A stretch of DNA of 63,495 bases, filler included, from Reticulomyxa filosa (taxonomy: Eukaryota; Protista; Foraminifera): NCBI GenBank assembly GCA_000512085.1. It is 17 parts of 17 records of this genome, joined end to end, with 100 filler letters (N's around TTAATTAATTAA, not from the genome) between each part and the next. Parts side by side here need not be neighbours in the genome. Positions count along the whole stretch, not along the records: positions 42,532 to 52,981 come from ASPP01018495.1; positions 53,082 to 55,983 come from ASPP01048110.1; positions 56,084 to 62,003 come from ASPP01024152.1; positions 62,104 to 63,495 come from ASPP01007109.1; 13 more parts are not named here. The stretch is one strand, 5' to 3'. Below the pieces are notes generated by a model, which was not told where the DNA came from, searched no databases, and saw only the letters and a program-made list of their open reading frames with translations. Within the stretch, counting starts at the first letter, position 1. The number at the start of each line of letters is the position of its first letter. The position numbers and the translations under genes are program-made. Shown here piece after piece: positions 50,934-63,495 of the stretch.

Positions 50934-51732
50934 ATGAGTTCATTTCGATTTGCTTTCATAGCCTCATCGCGCTCTTTTTTGAGAACAGCACTCGCAACAT
51001 TGACGGTTGGAAGTGGTGTAATTTTGTTGCGCTCTAACGCCGCAGTTGAGCCGACCCCAAAAGAAAAAAGTACCAACGAATCATCCCAAAGTAGCACCGA
51101 GAACAACAGAAAAGAGAAAGAGCACTTGCCATACTTGTCAATATCACCTCAGGCCGCAACATCCACACGAAATCATTCGGCGAAGACAGTGTGGATAGTG
51201 AGTAATTCGGGCTTTAAATCTGGGAAATTCCCAAAAGGACACACTCTAATCTCATTGAAAAGGTCTTTGGAAAAGAGGGGGTTTGATGTGAAGATTCTGA
51301 GTACATATGATATGGACCTGTTCTTGGAAGCCGGCTTGAAGCAAGTGACCCGCGAACAAAGGATCGAGAATACAATTTTGAAACAAAGCCTAGCTCGAAT
51401 GAGAAAGATTGAATTTCAAAAAAAATGGCAGGCAAAAGGCAAACAATTACAACAAATCGATAATTCCACAAACAAAACAACTTTCGAACTGCCAAGGTTT
51501 GTCATTGCAAGGACGGGCAGCACTTCGAAATTTCGAGAATATTCGTTTTATCGTTATTTAGAAAGTTTGGGTGTGCCTGTTGTCAATTCGCCTATTGCAA
51601 TAAATTATGCCAGCAATAAATTTCTTACATACACGCTTTTGGCGGAACAAAACGTGGCAGTGCCTAAAACAATTTTATTGAATTCTACGTTACGTATACA
51701 TAAATTGATTAAACTTTTGTTTAGCAAAAAAT

Positions 51733-51764
<32 letters not shown>

Positions 51765-52445
51765 TGGAATAGTCGTGGCTTCAAATCAAAAGCAAGTGAC
51801 ATAACAAAAGTCCATAAAATGCAATATCCAGTGGTCTTAAAAATTTTAGTTAAGTAAACGGTCTTGGAAAAGAAAAGGGAACAGACGAATCTTGGATCAC
51901 AACGAAATTTGTTGCTTGTGCAGGATAGCAGTGGTGGACGTGGAGTTTTTCTAGCTCGTGATGAAAAAGAGCTTTCATCTTTGTTGCGTATGTCACAATT
52001 TGCAACATCGAACACACAAATGATTGCCCAAGAGTGCATGAATGAAAGCATCGGAATGGACGTAAGGGTTTGGGTAGTAGGGGACAAAGCTCACGGTGCG
52101 TGCATGCGTTATAACGAGAAAGATTTCCGATCCAATGTCGGTCAGGGAGGGTTTCCTCATCACTTCGACTTAGATGAAGAAGGAAAACAGCTTGCTGTTA
52201 GGGCGTCTCAAGTCCTGGGCTTGGACTGGAGTGGTGTAGACTTGCTATTGGATCACAAAGATCCGATCACTGGCAAATGTGTTTGGAGGGTTGGAGAGGT
52301 AAACAGCTCACCTGGATGGGATACTGACTCTGATAAGCTCATCGGCGTCAATTTGGCTGATGCAATTATCGAACATATTTGTCAACGATACAATATTGAG
52401 GTAGTCACAACTACACCAACTGATGCAACACAAACAAATACTTAA
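50934..52445 (+). CDS. RimK-family ATP-grasp ligase with a mitochondrial-presequence-like N-terminus
   Basis: ARTGS, LESLGVPVVNS..AI..ASNKF, VPKT, YPVVLK..SGGRGVFL, QE.....GMDVRVWVVG, FRSNVGQGG, GVDLL, EVNSSPG; introns ~51690-51772 and ~51835-51923. Confidence 0.9.
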
Positions 52446-53081
52446 ATTGGCTGCGTTTCTGTTTAAAGAGGAGAGGAATTTGTTGAACAACTCTTCGCGT
52501 TGATGGTCTTGATTTTGGGTTTAAAATGTAACATTTGGAAATTTCATGACATACACAAACTCATTTCTAGTATTCAATATTGGGACGTTGTTTCTGTTCA
52601 TGAGAGTTGGCCAGACCAAAAATTGTTACACTTTGTCCCTTAGCATGGTTTGCTTTGAAAATACTAAACGATTAATCATCCCCCAAAAAAAAAGTCAAAA
52701 ACAATGCACACTTGACTTGTCTTTCTTCATGACTTATGATATCAATGATAAACTTTTTAGCAGAATACAATGATCTTTCACTAGCATTTGTTTAGGATAA
52801 TAACAAGTTAATCTCAAGCTGGAGTGTTACGAGAAGCAAAAAAAAACACAAGAGAATTAAACCTTCAAAGTAGTTATGGGCAAAAATCACAAATACCTTT
52901 AATAGAAAAGCTGACAGCTTGGATTGCTGTAACAATATTTTTCTTTTATAAACGTGAAACATGCTTTTTTTTTTTTTTTTTNNNNNNNNNNNNNNNNNNN
53001 NNNNNNNNNNNNNNNNNNNNNNNNNTTAATTAATTAANNNNNNNNNNNNNNNNNNNNNNNNNNNNNNNNNNNNNNNNNNNN

Positions 53082-55983
53082 TTTGATCCTTTTTTTTTTT
53101 TTTTTTTAAAAAAATAAAAAAAAAATAAAAAAAAGAGAGAAACAATAATAGTGGAGTTAGACAACGACAAAGTACACGTTCCAGAAACAGTGAAATTAAT
53201 TGAACTGCCACAAAGCTTGGAAAAAAAACTGAAGAACCACTTGACCGACGAAGCCCACGTCAACTTTGTCGAACGGTATACGCACTCCACTTTGCAAAAC
53301 TTAGACTCGGCCTTTGCAGTCCAGGACATTATGGTTTGTTTGCAAAAAAAAAAAACATTCTTTTTTTTTTTTTTATATATGTGTATATAAAAAAAACAAA
53401 TATTCAAATACATGTGCTCTCTTTTTATTCCCTTTCCAAAGAAAGAAGAACAAAAAATAAAATTCAATCAATTCGCATGCCGCGTCGCGTTTTGGAAATT
53501 CTTTGCGTGTGGCATGGGCGCCGATTATATGAAACATTTGATATATCCCGATGACCCGTCGTCAATCCAAGGCATTGGCGATTTGATTCGAATGGACGAT
53601 TTCTTGAAATTGCGCAAAAAGTCACATCGCAAATTCTGGCAAACATTTAGCCAAACCCAAGCCTTTGAAAAGTTTATTGAAGAGGTGTCTTTTGGTACGT
53701 CTTTGCCGGATTCACGCAAATACCAATTGCAATGGTTTTATCAGTTTGGACTTTTCTCTACATATTATATATATGTATATAATAATCTGCTTTTTTTTTA
53801 AATTGCCAGATGTTGCACATTCGTAGCAAGCGAATCTCAAGACGAAAGCAATCCTTCAGTTGAGTACAAATTCTATGTGTTGTTAGCGCAAACAACGCAA
53901 ATTGCTCATTGCACACAAGTCGATCCACAAATATTGTAACGAACAAAAAGAGACCACGAAAGACAAGTGTAACGGGTGAGGCATTCCAGCGATGGTGTTT
54001 AGAACAGCAGTCGATGAAAACATCCAAACACCAGGTTCCGTCCGTGAACACACAAGATATCCCCGAAGACTACACTTTCAATCCGACACGCGCGTTCCCA
54101 GGCTTCGATCCCAACTTATTCAGTGAGCCACGCAGAGACGAAGAAAAAGAAAAAGAGGATCGCAAAAAGATGATTGTCCAAGTGGAATTGACAGATCAAG
54201 TTTGTTCGTTTGTTTATTTTTTTAAAAAAAAAAAAAAAAAAAAAACATTTGAATAAATCTTTAAACAAATAGGAATTTCCAGCAGACGGATTACGACAAC
54301 GCAATGGACGTGGGTTGTCTGTAAGCGCCAAGTTAAAAACGACGGAAGAAAAGGTAAAGTTTGAGCTGCTGCAAATCTACGGCTGCTGGTTTGCCACGCG
54401 AGTGGCGGCACTCGACTACGCTACAGAGATTGACCTGACCCCAAAGATTGCGGAACAAACGTGCAACTCCGTGCTGGGCGTTTTGTATCGCATGAGCGAC
54501 CCCACCAGTAAAAACTATGATGTGCCATTGAAACCAGACGAACTCATTTTCAAGTCTTGTCTCATCCTATGTGGCAAGTTGAAACGAGCAAATGTATATA
54601 TTTGTATATTGATGTGTATGATGTATATATAATCAATGAGTTGCAACATGTCCATTATATAAGACACACAAATAAAATAAAAAAATAAAAAAATAAAAAG
54701 GAAGCGAAAAAAATCTTTGGAGACTTGAAAAGACAAGGACTCCGACCTGACAAATTCACGTATGGAGCCTACACAAATGCCATGGCCAGCAGTGGCACTT
54801 CAAACTTATTGCAGTCGGGAGTGTCAAGTGGCTCTGGACGTAACTCGTTGGATCCAAGATCGGGCAATAGCTCGTTCTCCGGAGGGCATTCCAAACAAGG
54901 CTCGCGCAGTCGCTCCGCCATAATCCCCGCAAAGAGCAGTGGTCGCATCATCACCAGTGCAAACTCTTTTGATGCCATCAAAGAATCGGAGGAAACTGGT
55001 ACTGAATCATCACCTCCAAAAAATTTGGAAAAAGTTGCATTATTACATACAAATACATTGCATAAATAATATATACATTATAATGTATATATGATAATGT
55101 ATATATTATATAATATATTCAATATTGCATGCAAAAAAAAAAAAAAAGGTACAGTCAATAGAAAACGCTGACGACACAGCGCAAGGCTTCCTCATGGGCA
55201 AAAGCGACACAGTACGTAGCAATGGATCATCTGGCGATGCAGCGACGGTGGAAGAAGAGAAGAGTCCGACGATGAGGTTTTCTCACATTCGTACCGCGAA
55301 CCGACGCAAGACGACAGGTGGGAATAACGACGAGAACAAGTCGAAGAATGAGGATGTGGAGGAAGTGATAAAGGAGAAGAGCGAAGAGGTAATCGAGAAA
55401 ACGGCATTGTTGATTGACTACAGCAGTCTTCAAATGGATACTCGACAGCAATGCAAATGTGGCTACGTATTGTCCGACGCAGAAGTGATGGCCAGTTGGC
55501 CCGAGGAGTTCATTTCGACGAGTATCAATTGCAAAGTGTGCAACCTCAACTCGTTTGTTCCAAAAATCCGTGTCAAATGCAATGCAACGGAGATGTCGTT
55601 GGAACAGCAGATCTATCAACAAACATCGCTCGACTTCAAAGTCACGTATTTGTCCCCGCCGTACTTGCGACGATCCATGGAGACCATTGTCGGCAAGTAT
55701 CGACACCACTTGGAAGACAGCGAGAGTCTACGCAAAAACCATTCCGATGAGTACTGGAATTTGCTGTGGTACTTTGTTCAGCGAAGACTTGACTTGAATT
55801 GGCTTTTGGAAGAACTCGACTCCAACAAATTGCAAATTTCGCCCATTGTCGATTTGGAATTAACCAAATTTCCAACAAAAGACGAAGTTTTTTTTATTAT
55901 ACGTACTTTTTATCTTAATTTTTTTTTTATTATAAATTTCTTATTGTATCCTCTTTGGATCAAAAAAAAAAAAAAAAAAAAAA
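53082..55983 (+). CDS. DENND4/Crag-like Rab GEF fragment (dDENN, PPR-like repeat, C-terminal Cys-rich domain)
   Basis: FSQTQAFEKFIEE (dDENN), PDELIFKSCLILCG...GLRPDKFTYGAYTNAM (PPR-like), CKCG..LSDAEVMASW..CKVC..FVPK..YLSP..LRR..YWNLLWYF. Confidence 0.85.
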
Positions 55984-57031
55984 NNNNNNNNNNNNNNNNN
56001 NNNNNNNNNNNNNNNNNNNNNNNNNNNTTAATTAATTAANNNNNNNNNNNNNNNNNNNNNNNNNNNNNNNNNNNNNNNNNNNNCCAATTTTGTGTGTCGA
56101 TTTTGTCTTCAAAGGATGCAAAAAAAAAACTATGTCATTGACAGAAAAACAGTTGCGAAGACTCGCATTACTTGGAGGAAGCTGCTGACACAAAAATGAG
56201 GGGACAAAGAGAAAGAGGGGAGAGGGGAAGGAAAAGTTTGAAAAACAGAAACATCAAAATAAAATGTGATATACACAATCTTATATATATGTATACATGT
56301 ACATATGTAATGATATATGTTATATATGTATATGAATAAATATAGGTCAAAAGAGAACTGCCAACGCTTCAATGGAACTTGCTTCTTCTGTGGTCGAAGA
56401 CTGACTTTTCTTGTTTTTTTTTGGTCGGTTTGGCATTTCTTTTTCACTCGGTAAAATACCAACTGAACAATCTGCTTCGATTCAAGAAAAAAGAGGAATA
56501 TAAAAAAATCACAGCTACGGGCGAGATGAGAGGAATTAAGGCAATATAACAATCAGCACAACCAAGCTTTGTGTGTAAACAATTCTCAAAAAAAAAATTA
56601 CTGCCAAAGGAGATTATCTGTAACACAACAAGAGGATAGAACACTAAATGGACGATTTAGTTTCTCTGTCTTTTTTCAAATTTGAAACCTAAACGAATCT
56701 TTTTGTGTATTGATTATGTTTGCAGTATACTACCATCCATTAAACATTTTTAAAAGGCAATAAAAATCTATTATTTCCTCTATCACAAAAAAATAGTAGC
56801 ACGATATACTTCTACTTAGAAAAAATGTATTTTTTAAAGTGTCCCTAGTTTGTGCCACAAGTAAGTCTAGTTCAAAAAAAGTTGGGGGAAAAATATCAAA
56901 AAAAAGTTGTGCTCAACCGACAATTGCAATCAAATTCAAGTCGGAAAACTTTAAATATTTGGTGACTTTTTTGCGTGTGCTTACAAGAACATTCATTTTT
57001 CTTTTTAACTCAAAAAAAAGAAGAGTAAAAC

Positions 57032-57688
57032 ATGCCAAAGAAAAGAAAAAACGGTGGCAAGAACAGGCACAACCGCGGGAACAAAAGTTACGTTCGATGT
57101 GACGTAAGTGGCAGAGCGGTGCCTAAAGTTTAGTTTGATGGTGGCACAAAAACACGCAACAGTAAAAAAACACAGATTTTTAGTTGTTTTTTATTTTTTT
57201 GGTCCACAAATGAGATGTGGAATACCTTCGCACTTGTCTAGGACAAGGCAATAAAGCGATTTATAGTGCGCAATTTAGTTGATGCAAGTGGCGCAAAGGA
57301 TTTGTCCTTAGCTAGTGTGTATGACACTTACACTATTCCTAAAATGTATTACAAATCCTATTACTCAGTGTCTGCAGCAATTCATCAACGCATTGGTATA
57401 CTTCTCACTTTTGCATTTTTTTTTCTCACTTTTTTTTCTTTCTTTCAAAGAGCAGAGGGAGTGTCACGATCTTGCGTCTTGTTTTGTCGGACATGAACAG
57501 TTCGTCCACGAAATAGAGACGAAAGAAAAAATCGTGAACCCCCACGCCAAGTTTTGAAGAGATGGGAACAACAGCGACAAAGAGAAAGGGAAATTGAAAA
57601 GAAAAAACTTGAGTTCAAACAAAAACGAGCTGAGGCGGTCAGACAGAAGCAACTTGCCAAAGCAAAAGGCAACTTGGAACAAGCATAG
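57032..57688 (+). CDS. RPS26: 40S ribosomal protein eS26
   Basis: Exons 57032-57127, 57242-57395 and 57501-57688: MPKKRKNGG...VRCDVSGRAVPK|DKAIKRFIVRNLVD...PKMYYKSYYSVSAAIHQRI|VRPRNRDERKNREPP. Confidence 0.95.
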
Positions 57689-60600
57689 ACATTTGCTGGA
57701 GTAATTGCATGATCAACACAAAACAAGATTAGATAATATCTTTAAAAAAAAATTGTTGTTGAATATTGTGTTTATGGAAATATCGAAACGATATTTCCAA
57801 CATTTATTGTGCTTTAAGATAAGATTGTTGTAGTCTCTAGAACAAGACTAATAGAATTGTTTCTTTGGAAAATTTTTTAAGTAGAACCATTCTTTGTTTA
57901 GTCTTCACAAAATTGTTGAAACTTTTTCACTGGCTTGAATCAGATATTTTGTAGTTGAATTATCTGATTTCAGACATGACAGCTTTACAAATTATTCGAA
58001 CTTACTATCATACCTTAAATAATTTGTTAAACAAACGCTTCATATCCACTAAAAGAATGAAAAGATTTTTTTACGTTGCAGAAAGGTATTTGAAGATTTG
58101 AGAGGAAAACAATTTAAATTGTGAATTATTTTAAATAAAACGGACAAACAAAATTAACACATACACACCACGCCAAATTGGATAGTATAAAGTAATCATT
58201 GTTACCACTTTAAAAAAAACACTTATAGATCAACAATCATGGAATTCATTGGATGCGCATAAGAAAACAGGGCATTATATTGAGTGATTTCATCGTATGC
58301 GATGATAGACTGTGGTAGTTATGATATCCTTTGTATTTGCCAGCACAACCAAACTTTCGATCTCGTTGCGGCATATCCAATACAACGTATTTCTTTTCGA
58401 CTGCATCAGATCCTTTGACCTCCTGGCACTTTAGAGAGGATGGACACACGCTCACTGTTGTTTTTCTTGGACATCATTTTGTTGTGATGTTCATTTTATA
58501 AATGCAACCCATTGGAATTGCGCATCGCAATGAGACGATTTTTTTTACGGCTCTGAACACATTTGGCTATATATGCAATTTACACAAAGTTTCATCCAAA
58601 AATCTTTTTTGGTGAGGATCTTGGAGATCAACAGGATGGATGTATCCTTTGGGCGAATGAAATAAGTACTTTAAAATGAAAAAAAGTTATGGTATTTACA
58701 CGTTCTTCTGCTTAGTGACATCACAAATCTAGAAAGTGCCCCTTTTAAATAAACTAAAAAAAATAAAATCCTCATTAGCAATTGTGCGGTGATACATGGT
58801 GAAAATTCGTATTGAATTGAATCCTGTCGAAAAAGGAACATGGACTGTGCTGAAATGGAGCTTTAGCAAGTTTTCATACCACAAAACTTTTTTCCACTGA
58901 AAAGACAAAAAAAATGGTGAAAAACACAAAAGGACCATATGTAGTGATTATATCTAATAATTGCTTGGATTGTCTCGACATGTCTATGTTATGTCGGAAT
59001 GTAAACTTATTATCAGTACACGCATTAATGAAAAGTGAGTTTGTATATGTTGGGTGTAATCATTGAGAGTTTTTTTTTCTATTGTCTACCTTTATGGAAA
59101 ATTTTTTTAAAAGATAAAGGATCAGTGATCGATTATAAAGGATGATCTAGTTAAAAAGTGCTATATGTATATTTATATTTCCAAAAAAAAAAATTCAAAA
59201 ACAGGTGTCGCCGACATTGGAAAGTAAGTCATTTGATATGGAATCATACAAGAAGAGGCAAAGTTTGGTGAGTAGTGGCGAAGAGTCAAAGAAAGAAGAA
59301 AGAGCGGGCTAATTAACGACGAGAAACTTGACAGATTGGAACAAAAAGTGACAGATTAATTGGAGAGCTCTTTCGCAAAGAGCAAGTCCACAAGTGTTGA
59401 CAAGCTGATGCAAAAAGAGTCGGAGAAACCGAACAATCGAATAAGCTCGAAAAACATGTTTCGCTACTATGAAGAACTGCACATGTAATTGCAAATGTTA
59501 TACTGTCTGGATGAAGGCAGTCAGAGGCCAAAAACCAAACAGCTGATCCATCGTCAGAAGCCGCAAGTTTGAAGGATATGAAACTAAACAATGATGGCCT
59601 GAAAGCAATTGGGATTTGCTCATCAAATAATATAACGCAAGCTTCGAGTGCTTGGTTGTTTTGCCAGTCGAGTCTTAGGAAAATGAATTATATGTACATG
59701 TATGTATATATAAATGTGTATATATTTAATTATTTATGTTTATTCATTTAAATAGTGCTTTCATAAAAAATTATGTGGACAAAGAAACATTTGAAAAATG
59801 ATTAGCAACGATCCAACCAATGTCAAGATCCACAACGAAACTCCCAACAAAGAAGTCACAGAACGTCCGACAATCACAAACAACTTCTTCGCCAATCCAA
59901 CAGCAGTAATGTAGTCCAAGCAGGAACCAGACACGAAGCCACCCACAAAACCTACTAAGCGACAGACGGACGACAAATCTGTCCAAGTCCACATCACAAT
60001 ATCATTCTCGCTATCCAATAAAGCATCTGACCAATGCTCTGACAGTGGCTCCGACCTTTTCACTGACGCAGCGCACAAAGACATGCGCGTATAAGACCAT
60101 CGATTATGTGTTAACCCAAGGTATATCGACTCGGAACGGATGTGTATATATTTTTCTATATTCACGTATTTATGTAATTGAACATATTTAATATTCGCGT
60201 AGTGACTTACTGTCTATGTGAACACATCATTATCGTTAGTGTAGCCAGTCATCGACACTATGTCTGGAAGCGTTTTGCACTTTGAACATATCGGATAATT
60301 TGTGCAACTTCTTTGAAGTCACTAGTGTGACATTGTGTCTGGAAAACGTGCGGTTTTATAACATTTGGTATCGCAACTTATCATATTGGATCAAAGTTAT
60401 CAACCAAAATACTGCATGAGCTTATAGAATCAATATGGAGGTAATTGTTTGATTGCAATTGAATAGCTTACGACTAAAGACAAAACTTATTTAACAAATG
60501 TGATCTTTTATTCGAACCAAGAAAGTTAATGTGTGGATTAAAAATAACTAGATTACCAATATCAACATTCAATTCAATCAAATAATAATCAATGGAATCA

Positions 60601-62103
60601 TTATTTATTTTGTTGGCACTCCAGCGCAATGTTGAAAAATATATTGTATAGCCAATCAACTGATACAAATAACACGACTTGCCTCATTGAATGGCAAAAT
60701 ATCATAATATAAAAAAATTCAACATAGCAAAATGTAATCATAAATAAAATACCAAACGACAAAAATGACAAACGTTCAATGGTTGGATAATAAATGTGAC
60801 GACAATGCTTTCGAAACAACTTTTGCACACATTCAACGGTTCGGCATGGACAGTGGATGATAGCAGAATATCAAGGAATAATGTACAATCATTGACAGAA
60901 ACAAAAAGAAGTAAAGGCCACAAACCACTTTGTTCATCATGTTACTGCCCACAATATGTAGTTATTTAACAACTAGTTGCATATTTGTTGTTTCAACATT
61001 ACATTAATAAATTCACTTACAATTAGTTGTTGTCAGTGTCAAGTAGTAATCGAAATATTGTTAAATTTGCAAATTTCTATTAGTAACTGTACTATTTTGA
61101 ATAATACGGACTTGCTTAGTATTTTGGAAAATTCATCATATGAAAACAATTAAACAAAAATATATAATCAAAATACGATTGTTGAATTGTAAAACATAGA
61201 TGTCGAGATTGCAAAAGGAATTTTGTTGTATCGTGGTATTAGTGGGAGCGACGTGATTATTCACAATAGTAATATGGAATTTTCTGTTCGACATATGATT
61301 ATTATTCAAACAACATCGCAGTCGACTGTTCCAATAAAAAGAATATTAAATATCAACTTTCAGAATTGAGCTAATAAAACAAAAAGAAATTGTAATAATA
61401 GTTACAATAAAAACACCAATAAAAGCAATAATAACGAATATATTTATGTATAGATTAAAAGATGATTAATACATACAACTACGCTTTCAGCAAACATATT
61501 ATATTATATACAATAATAAAAATATAAAAGCAAATGCAATATAAATTTTCGAAAATAGATTACAAAGACAAAACGCGAAGTCAATATCGAAATTAACAAT
61601 AGCAAAGACAATAAAAATGGAAACTATGTAATAACAAATTTAAATATTAATACACCTTTAAACAGTAAACGCAAAATACACAACATTGTCCGACAATGTA
61701 AAAAAAATAATGCAATTCGCACAAACACATATTAATCAAACTTCAAATAAAAAAATAAAAAATACAAAAATTGTAATGTACGCATGACTATAGAATTTTT
61801 TAAGTAGAAAAAGTATGTGTTGATTTTAATGAGATTGCTGATACGATTGCGAATAGTATGTTTGAGGATATTGGTTTTAGACTTAGTTTTGAATAATTTG
61901 TTGAAATTTTATAGATCAATGAGTGAATATGACGAATAACATCAATATAAGATTGGTACTACAGTATATTGCAAAAAAAACTGCCATACATAAATGGCAC
62001 TATNNNNNNNNNNNNNNNNNNNNNNNNNNNNNNNNNNNNNNNNNNNNTTAATTAATTAANNNNNNNNNNNNNNNNNNNNNNNNNNNNNNNNNNNNNNNNN
62101 NNN

Positions 62104-62142
<39 letters not shown>

Positions 62143-62762
62143 GGTTGCAATTACCTATTGCCAATCCATAAAATTGATTCTTTGAGTTTCGTTGATCGGT
62201 TGCCACATTGAGTACTATGAACGCCAACAAAAACGTAAACACAAATTCGCTTTGGAAGACAAACCAAACATGCAGTCCGCCGACTGGAATGAATGGATCC
62301 TTTTGCACGTGTGGCCATTGGTGGGCCGTTTTGTGGCCGCCTATACTCCACGCGATAAACCCACCAGTAATCCCTCCCAAAAACTGAGACATCAAATAAC
62401 CAAATATATTGAATGCGTCGTGTCTGGGAAATTGAGGGATATTACGGACCAAGATCGCCACGGTCACTGCTGGGTTGAAGTGCGCACCACTTATGTGTCC
62501 CATAGCGTATATCATATTCATTAGTATCAATCCTTTTTTTTTTTTTTTTGTTCCCTCTTTTATCACCCCTCAACATTTTCTTTTTTTTTTTTTTTTGTCG
62601 ATTATCTTTTTTTTTTTTTTTTTTAATTATCTTACCTACTGCGATTCCTGCAAAACCTGGCATCGCTTGTGAACTTGCAACTTGAACTACACACACCAAC
62701 ATGCATGTTCCAATAAATTCGGAAACGAATTGTGACAGATAAGGACGATCCGCACAGCGCAT
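62104..62762 (-). CDS. Aquaporin / MIP channel, 3' truncated
   Basis: SEFIGT, GHISGAHFNPAVT (first NPA box), EFVFTFLL, YGLAIG; intron ~62532-62635. Confidence 0.92.
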
Positions 62763-63456
62763 TATATACCTTTTTCCGATGTTTTTGAAATGTTTTTTTT
62801 TGGTTCAGTCTTTTAAGCCTCTCCAGGAAAACCGACCTTTAAGCTTGTTTTAAAAAAATATTTCCAACAATTGCGTTTGTTTTTTTTTTTTTGGCAAAGA
62901 TTGGAAGTTATTTCTTTCCTCATTCTAGCAGAAGCTGTTCATTATATATCGCAGTCACAACTTTAAATGCATCAACTCGTCAGCAAAATATCAAAGAAGC
63001 CATTAAACAATGAAAAGAACTCGATACACAGCATTGGAAGGAAAAAAGAACTTTATCATGGTAAGAATAGACCTGATCAAATCTGCTCCCTCTGGCAAAC
63101 TCGTGAGAGGGTCTTGAACATGTTTATCATATCACATTTTTATTCTTTCAGGTGCCCAAAATAAAAATCGCCAAGTAATTATTATTATTATTATTATCAT
63201 TGAAATTTACAGTTCTATTCAGTCACTTAACAAAGACAGTACCCAGTGTGAGCTGACCCCCCCCCTATACGAGCCCACACAAATGGCATCCAAAAATCTG
63301 CAGTCAGCGTCAGTGCTATCAATCATAAGCAACATCGACACCAAATCGACACGCATATCGATGAACAGTAGAATTGCTGTTGCATCGATGTCCCATGGTG
63401 AAATAGACCCGTACGACAATCCCAAAGATTACAGTCACCAATTCATAGCAATTAAA

Positions 63457-63495
<39 letters not shown>

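Noticed and set aside
58246-60450. Coding-like, moderately GC-rich stretches downstream of RPS26
   Set aside because: Interrupted in all frames and no motif I can support; likely unassignable pseudogene debris.

Overview
This window is not one locus. It is 17 short contigs joined by 16 artificial 100-nt spacers (N44-TTAATTAATTAA-N44), so only genes on the same contig are physically linked. Sixteen contigs are AT-rich, intron-rich eukaryotic DNA with homopolymer- and (TA)n-filled GT-AG introns and many decayed genes. The gene-family style (kelch and WD40 families with an 'IIIxHWIR...WIxDFDK' exon, caspase-fold plus TPR proteins) suggests a foraminiferan such as Reticulomyxa; this is inference from family resemblance. 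One contig (21816-23377) is high-GC bacterial DNA. The best discovery is a multi-exon gene at 29974-34098 (-) in which a Cys-less pentameric ligand-gated ion channel subunit appears spliced in frame to a paladin-like Cx5R phosphatase, a candidate channel-enzyme fusion. The same contig carries an OAS/cGAS-superfamily nucleotidyltransferase-fold protein with degenerate catalytic residues. Other immune-like items are a caspase-fold+TPR gene in tandem with a kelch+WD40 double-propeller gene, a coiled-coil AIG1/GIMAP GTPase and a FAIM-like domain. Housekeeping genes include RPN2, an SLC35B3-like transporter, a DENND4-like GEF, RPS26 lacking three of four Zn-binding Cys, a RimK-like ligase, a GT47 exostosin, a BAR-PH protein and an aquaporin. 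Pseudogenes include HSP60 and a multi-CAP-Gly gene with an internal inversion. All domain calls come from motifs recognised by eye; no database searches were run.
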